From Balanoglossus misakiensis (Eukaryota > Animalia > Hemichordata), in contig CM082589.2 of assembly GCA_040954595.2 (NCBI GenBank), positions 11,482,894 to 11,546,893 on the forward strand: DNA of 64,000 bases, given 5' to 3'. Every line of letters begins with the position of its first letter. The stretch's first letter is position 1. Both the position numbers and the translations under genes were made by a program. Of this stretch, positions 62,565 to 64,000 are shown in pieces. Below the pieces are notes generated by a model that made no database searches, was not told the origin of the DNA, and was given only the letters and a program-made list of their open reading frames with translations.

Positions 62565-62857
62565 AACGTCAGAGGTTGAATCTTGATGGGAAAAGGCGAG
62601 GTATCGCTGGTTATCATCGGCGTACTGATGAAATTGTAGGATGTGGGGACGAATCGGTTTACTATAAAGTGGGGCTATATAAATGGTGAACAACAGAGGG
62701 GCAGTGGCACCCCGTATACGAGAGGTGACTGTGAACTTGCAGTGTTTTCGATGATTACAGTTTGATATCTATATTGAAGGTAAGATGTAAACCATGTTAG
62801 TACTGTGTCTGAGATGCCAAGGTTCGATAGTCTACAAAGAAGTATCCCGTGATGCAA
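62565..62857 (-). mobile_element. Decayed LINE reverse-transcriptase fragment inside the satellite interruption
   Basis: HGILLCRLSNLGISDTVLTWFTSYL...YGVP and, after a frameshift, FHQYADDNQRYLAF. Confidence 0.8.
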
Positions 62858-62951
62858 ATGTACAACTGAAGAAAAAAGGAATCACAAATCTTAAAACTAA
62901 GATGCCGTTAAGAATTAAATTTCGCGAAAAGGAAGTGACGAAATACGTACA

Positions 62952-64000
62952 TCAAAATTGATGGGCACGACACTGGCCACTAGCTCTGGCCTGGCTAATC
63001 AATGTTGACACAAGGGTTGACCCCACCAAACACTCAAAATTGATGGGCACGACACTGGCCACTAGCTCTGGCCTGGCTAATCAATGTTGACGCAAGGGTT
63101 GACCCCACCAAACACTCAAAATTGATGGGCGCGACACTGGCCACTAGCTCTGGCCTGGCTAATCAATGTTGACGCAAGGGTTGACCCCACCAAACACTCA
63201 AAATTTGTGGGCACGACACTGGCCACTAGCTCTGCCGTGGCTAATCAAGGTTGACGCAAAGGTTGACCCCACCAAACACTCAAAATTGATGGGCGCGACA
63301 CTGGCCCCTAGCTCTGGCCTGGCTAATCCAGGTTGACGCAAGGGTTAACCCCACCAAACACTCAAAATTAATGGGCGCGACACTGGCAACTAAGCTCTGG
63401 CCTGGCTAATCAATGTTGACGCAAGGGTTGACCCCACCAAACACTCATAATTGATGGGCACGACACTGGCCACTAGCTCTGACCTGGCTAATCAAGGTTG
63501 ACGCAAGGGTTGACCCCACCAAACACTCAAAATTAATGGGCGCGACACTGGCCACTAAGCTCTGGCCTGGTTAATCAATGTTGAAGCAAAGGTTGACCCC
63601 ACCAAACACTCAAAATTAATGGGAACGACACTGGCCACTAGCTCTGCATGGCCTGGTTTATCAATGTTGACGCAAAGGTTGACCCCACCAAACACTCAAA
63701 ATTAATGGGCACGACACTGGCCACTAGCTCTGCATGGCCTGGTTAATCAATGTTGACGCAAAGGTTGACCCCACCAAACACTCAAAATTAATGGGCACGA
63801 CACTGGCCACTAGCTCTGCATGGCCTGGTTAATCAATGTTGACGCAAAGGTTGACCCCACCAAACACTCAAAATTAATGGGCATGACACTGGCTACTAGC
63901 TCTGCATGGCATGGTTAATCAATGTTGACGCAAAGGTTGACCCCACCAAACACTCAAAATTAATGGGCACGACACTGGCCACTAGCTCTGCATGGCCTGG
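62952..64000 (+). repeat. 82/86-bp satellite array, block 2 (runs off the window)
   Basis: Same monomer. The order of variants copies 60386 onward. Confidence 0.98.

Noticed and set aside
56025-64000. CRISPR-like array
   Set aside because: Contiguous near-identical monomers with no unique spacers, no cas genes and a eukaryotic context: it is satellite DNA.

Overview
Eukaryotic, AT-rich, intron-containing DNA. The repeat content suggests a marine invertebrate, possibly a hemichordate or echinoderm (inference). Host-gene content is small: two minus-strand pentraxin/EGF exons of an SVEP1-like gene at the left edge and an internally deleted secreted-pentraxin gene near 40-42 kb. Three structures dominate. 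(1) From 3.2 to 20.7 kb, three scrambled, mutually inverted copies of a spliced gene carry five coding exons that can only be assembled across copies; they predict a ~275-aa tandem OB-fold (RPA/SSB/HIN-like) protein. (2) From 28.4 to 56.0 kb there is a giant inverted duplication (10-11 kb arms, 6.3 kb spacer) with nested palindromes, outward-facing promoter/first-exon pairs and a conserved two-unit structured-RNA candidate in each arm. (3) From 56.0 kb to the end there is an 82/86-bp satellite with higher-order repeats and an embedded LINE fragment. Also present are a young full-length Ty3/Gypsy LTR element with two nonsense codons, an L2/CR1-type LINE inserted in a 309-bp tandem array, several MITEs whose target duplications are confirmed by the empty paralogous arm, HINE/Helentron-like repeats and recurrent TA-to-TACATGTA footprints. 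All alignments were made by eye; no database searches were run.
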